A DNA stretch of 60,780 bases, filler included, from Nitrospinae bacterium RIFCSPLOWO2_12_FULL_45_22 (GTDB taxonomy: Bacteria; 2-12-FULL-45-22), in assembly GCA_001803565.1 (NCBI GenBank). It is 5 parts of 5 records of this genome, joined end to end, with 100 filler letters (N's around TTAATTAATTAA, not from the genome) between each part and the next. Parts side by side here need not be neighbours in the genome. Positions count along the whole stretch, not along the records: positions 55,307 to 60,780 come from MHDQ01000283.1; 4 more parts are not named here. One strand, given 5' to 3'. Positions 57,635 to 60,780 of the stretch are shown here, piece after piece. The notes beneath the pieces are model-generated. The model was given only the letters and a program-made list of their open reading frames with translations, did not search any database and was not told where the DNA came from. Numbering within the stretch: the stretch's first letter is position 1; the number at the start of each line of letters is the position of its first letter. A program made the translations under genes and the position numbers.

Positions 57635-58756
57635 ACGAGGAGAGAAATTTTAGGTGACTTAAAGCGGATAGTAGTAAAGATTGGCAGTGGGGTTCTGACC
57701 AGTACCGGCCAGGGCCTTGCCATTCCTATAATAGAAAACTTGGTAGATCAACTGGCAACTGTCCAGGGATCAGGCTTAGAGGTCTTGTTGGTTTCCTCCG
57801 GCGCTATAGCCGCCGGCCTAAAGGAATTAAACCTGCCTGAAGTACCTAAAAGCATCCCCCATAGACAGGCGGCTGCTGCCATTGGCCAGAGCCATCTCAT
57901 ATGGGTTTACGAAAAATTTTTTAGTCAACGCAACCAAAAAGTTGCCCAGATACTCTTAACTCATGATGACCTGAGTAATCGTCGAAGATACCTTAATGCC
58001 CGCAATACCCTCTTTACCCTACTACGATACCGCGTGATCCCGATAATAAATGAGAATGATACTGTAGCGGTAGAAGAGATCCAGTTCGGTGATAATGATA
58101 ACCTATCCGCTCTGGTAACCAATATGGTTGAGGCAGACCTTCTCTTGATCCTTTCCGATGTAGACGGTTTTTATACCGCTGACCCCCGCAGTGATCCTCA
58201 GACCACCCTATTGTTGCAGGTAGATAAGATAACTTCGGCTATAGAAGCTATGGCTCAACCGAGCCAATCCCCTACCGGTCGGGGTGGTATGATTACCAAA
58301 ATCCAGGCTGCCAAAAAAGCCGGGGTCTCAGGGGCTATGACTATTATCGCTAATGGTAAGCTCCCAGGGGTAATTTTGGGAGTATTGGCAGGCGAGGAAA
58401 TAGGGACTCTGTTTTTGCCGCAGAAAGACCGGCTGGCTAGCCGCAAACACTGGATTGCTTATACCCTAAAGCCAAAAGGTGAGGTAGTGGTAGATGATGG
58501 GGCCAGAGAAGCCCTCATCAGGAATGGTAAGAGTCTTCTGCCTAAAGGCATAGTGGAGATCAGAGGGAAGTTCGCTCCGGGTGATGCTGTGACCTGTCTT
58601 GATGTTAAAGAGAAGGAGTTTGCCCGGGGTATAGTTAATTATTCCTCTGAGGAGCTAAAGGCTATTAAAGGCTGTTATTCTAAAGAGATAGAGGAGATTC
58701 TTGGCTATAAATTTTATGACGAGGTAATTCACCGGGATAATCTGGTATTGCTCTGA
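57635..58756 (+). CDS. proB: Glutamate 5-kinase, with apparent ACG start
   Basis: KRIVVKIGSGVLT upstream of the track ORF, VSSGAIA, NENDTV, FGDND, PUA domain. Confidence 0.93.
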   Translation, partial: TRREILGDLKRIVVKIGSGVLTSTGQGLAIPIIENLVDQLATVQGSGLEVLLVSSGAIAAGLKELNLPEVPKSIPHRQAAAAIGQSHLIWVYEKFFSQRNQKVAQILLTHDDLSNRRRYLNARNTLFTLLRYRVIPIINENDTVAVEEIQFGDNDNLSALVTNMVEADLLLILSDVDGFYTADPRSDPQTTLLLQVDKITSAIEAMAQPSQSPTGRGGMITKIQAAKKAGVSGAMTIIANGKLPGVILGVLAGEEIGTLFLPQKDRLASRKHWIAYTLKPKGEVVVDDGAREALIRNGKSLLPKGIVEIRGKFAPGDAVTCLDVKEKEFARGIVNYSSEELKAIKGCYSKEIEEILGYKFYDEVIHRDNLVLL

Positions 58757-58778
58757 GATGCACGGACTTTGTCCATCT

Positions 58779-58846
58779 GTCACCCTGAGCGTAGCGAAGG
58801 GTCTTAGTCTGTGAGGATTGAGATTCTTCGCTTCGCTCAGAATGAC
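58779..58846. repeat. Palindromic element GTCACCCTGAGCGTAGCGAAGGGTCT...AGATTCTTCGCTTCGCTCAGAATGAC
   Basis: Clear inverted arms in the proB-proA spacer. Confidence 0.75.
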
Positions 58847-58865
58847 CTGGTGGGGAGGGATATTT

Positions 58866-60122
58866 ATGGATATTAAGCAGGAGGTTTTAAAGCTCGCCCA
58901 AGAAGCCCGCAATGCTGCCAGGTGTATAGCAAATGTATCTTCTAAGGCAAAGGACCGTGCCTTACTGAATATGGCTGGTAAGTTAGAACAGAAAGGGGAA
59001 TACTTACTAGAAGCCAACCGGAAGGATATAGCAGGAGTAAGGGACAAAGGGTTATCGTCTGCCATGATAGATCGCTTGACTCTTAACCCCAAGCGGATAA
59101 AAGAAATGGCAGCCGGCTTACAGGAAATAGCCGCCCTATCTGATCCTGTGGGGGAGATTGTCAAGATGTGGAGGAGGCCTAATGGATTGTTGGTGGGGAA
59201 GATGCGGGTCCCGTTAGGCGTTATTGGCATTGTCTATGAATCTCGTCCCAATGTAACTGCCGATGCGGCGGGCCTCTGCCTTAAATCGGGCAATGCCGTA
59301 ATCTTACGGGGTGGTTCAGAGGCATTCCATTCCAATAAGGCTATTGTATCTCTCTTAAAAGAGGCATTGATAGAGACGGAGCTACCCGGAAGTGCCGTAC
59401 AGTTCGTAGCTACTACCGAGCGGCAGGCGGTGCATGAGCTGTTAAAATTGGATCAGTATATTGATCTAGTAGTACCCCGGGGAGGTACCGACTTGATCCG
59501 CCTGGTAGTAGAGAATTCCTCTATCCCGGTGGTAAAGCATGACAAGGGCCTCTGCCATATCTATGTCGACAATGAGGCGGATTTAGATATGGCAGAAGAA
59601 ATAGTTTTTAATGCCAAGGTGCAAAGACCCGGGGTCTGTAATGCGGTAGAGACCCTGCTGGTTCATCAGGAGATTGCCCCGACCTTTCTACCCCGAATGA
59701 TTCAGCGTCTGCAAGGCAGTGGCGTAGAAATAAGAGGTTGCCTACAGACAAAGACTATCTCTCCTCAGATTAAAGAGGCTACAGAGGACGACTGGGAGAC
59801 CGAATATCTGGATTTGATCCTTTCTATTAAAGTAGTAAAGGATATGGAAGAAGCTATGGATCATATCGCCAGATATAGTTCTATGCTGGCCGAGGCCATA
59901 ATAACTAATAACTATTCCCGGGCGATGAGCTTCCTGCGGGCAGTGGACTCTGCCGCTGTGTTTGTCAATGCCTCTACTCGCTTTACCGATGGTAACCAGT
60001 TTGGTCTAGGGGCAGAACTGGGCATAAGCACCCAAAAGCTCCATGTAAGGGGACCTATGGGCTTGGAAGACCTTACCTCTACTAAGTATATCATCCTGGG
60101 AGATGGACAGATAAGGGTTTGA
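58866..60122 (+). CDS. proA: Gamma-glutamyl phosphate reductase
   Basis: YESRPNVT, PGVCNAVE, NASTRFTDG, STQKLHVRGPMG. Confidence 0.97.
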   Translation: MDIKQEVLKLAQEARNAARCIANVSSKAKDRALLNMAGKLEQKGEYLLEANRKDIAGVRDKGLSSAMIDRLTLNPKRIKEMAAGLQEIAALSDPVGEIVKMWRRPNGLLVGKMRVPLGVIGIVYESRPNVTADAAGLCLKSGNAVILRGGSEAFHSNKAIVSLLKEALIETELPGSAVQFVATTERQAVHELLKLDQYIDLVVPRGGTDLIRLVVENSSIPVVKHDKGLCHIYVDNEADLDMAEEIVFNAKVQRPGVCNAVETLLVHQEIAPTFLPRMIQRLQGSGVEIRGCLQTKTISPQIKEATEDDWETEYLDLILSIKVVKDMEEAMDHIARYSSMLAEAIITNNYSRAMSFLRAVDSAAVFVNASTRFTDGNQFGLGAELGISTQKLHVRGPMGLEDLTSTKYIILGDGQIRV

Positions 60123-60126
60123 TATA

Positions 60127-60780
60127 ATGAAGATAGGGATTATGGGAGGGACATTCAATCCTATCCATTATGGGCATCTGATCCTGGCCAATGAAGCAAC
60201 CGAGAGATTTCAGTTGGACAAGGTAATCTTTGTGCCAGCCGCTACCCCACCCCATAAAGAATCCCAGGAAATAATAGGGCCATATCATCGCTTCATCATG
60301 ACTGTTCTGGCTACTGTGGCCCATCCCAAGATGGAAATATCAGACCTGGAAATCCAGCGGGGTGGAAAATCGTATTCTATTGAGACCGTGGAGGAGCTAA
60401 AAAAGTCCTACCCATCAGAGACGGCCTTTTTTTTTATTGTTGGTTGCGATGCGTTTTGGGAGATTGCTACCTGGAAAGAGGTGGATAGATTGTTTCGCTC
60501 CTGTCATTTTATTATCTCTAACCGCTCTGCCGGGATAGTGGAAACAGGAGAGGTGCTGGAGATGTTAGGGCAGACGGTAATCCCTCATTATCAGGGCTTA
60601 ACCTTCCAGGACGGAGGAATAGACTCCGGTTTTGGCTGCTCAAAGATCATCCCATTTAATTCTTCTTATGCTATCTTTTTAACCCGAATACCAGCAATAG
60701 ATATATCATCAACTGATATTAGACGCCGGATAGCTCACAGTAAGAGCATAAAATATCTGGTTCCTGAAGCTGTCGAAGAG
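60127..60780 (+). CDS. nadD: Nicotinate-nucleotide adenylyltransferase, runs off the window end
   Basis: Manual translation MKIGIMGGTFNPIHYGHL...PPHK...DISSTDIR. Confidence 0.95.
   Translation, partial: MKIGIMGGTFNPIHYGHLILANEATERFQLDKVIFVPAATPPHKESQEIIGPYHRFIMTVLATVAHPKMEISDLEIQRGGKSYSIETVEELKKSYPSETAFFFIVGCDAFWEIATWKEVDRLFRSCHFIISNRSAGIVETGEVLEMLGQTVIPHYQGLTFQDGGIDSGFGCSKIIPFNSSYAIFLTRIPAIDISSTDIRRRIAHSKSIKYLVPEAVEE

Noticed and set aside
58655-59230. 191-aa minus-strand ORF
   Set aside because: Antisense to proB/proA, running through a palindromic element.
1-60780. CRISPR array, tRNA or rRNA genes
   Set aside because: No regularly spaced identical repeats with unique spacers, and no cloverleaf or rRNA signatures seen.

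Overview
Window of five concatenated bacterial contigs (joined by N-padded TTAATTAATTAA linkers at 17088-17187, 31050-31149, 49230-49329 and 55207-55306, plus a 9-N gap at 13469-13477). It probably comes from a delta-proteobacteria-like or Nitrospinae/Tectomicrobia-like MAG, but that taxonomy is only an impression. Contig 1 holds a sigma54-controlled surface-polysaccharide/adhesin locus (hybrid kinase, two NtrC-type activators, degenerate GGDEF protein, small Cys-motif protein, priming glycosyltransferase, RfaH/UpxY-like NusG paralog, SBBP/Ig-domain surface protein missing from the ORF track), then a truncated IS66 fused to an HD-GYP tail, a REC-MBL hydrolase and a K+ channel. Contig 2 starts with the tail of an integron-integrase-like recombinase, followed by pepA and the dcw cluster mraZ-murC'. 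Contig 3 has secreted repeat proteins, crotonases, GT2, an MBL hydrolase, a type II TA pair, tldD/pmbA, a methyltransferase-GT2-B12 radical SAM trio and dnaE'-accA. Contig 4 has a >1544-aa membrane/repeat protein and a CMD protein. Contig 5 is rplU-rpmA-obgE-proB-proA-nadD'. The most notable observations are: (i) three sigma54 promoters on two contigs sharing a tandem 18-bp palindromic upstream motif with 21-bp period; (ii) many nested miniature palindromic elements, including IS66-type MITEs with 8-bp target duplications and a 'carrier' element with different cargo in two copies, one of them in frame inside a protein; (iii) proB apparently starting at ACG; (iv) a GEMM-I-like structured leader RNA candidate. 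All calls were made by eye, without database searches.
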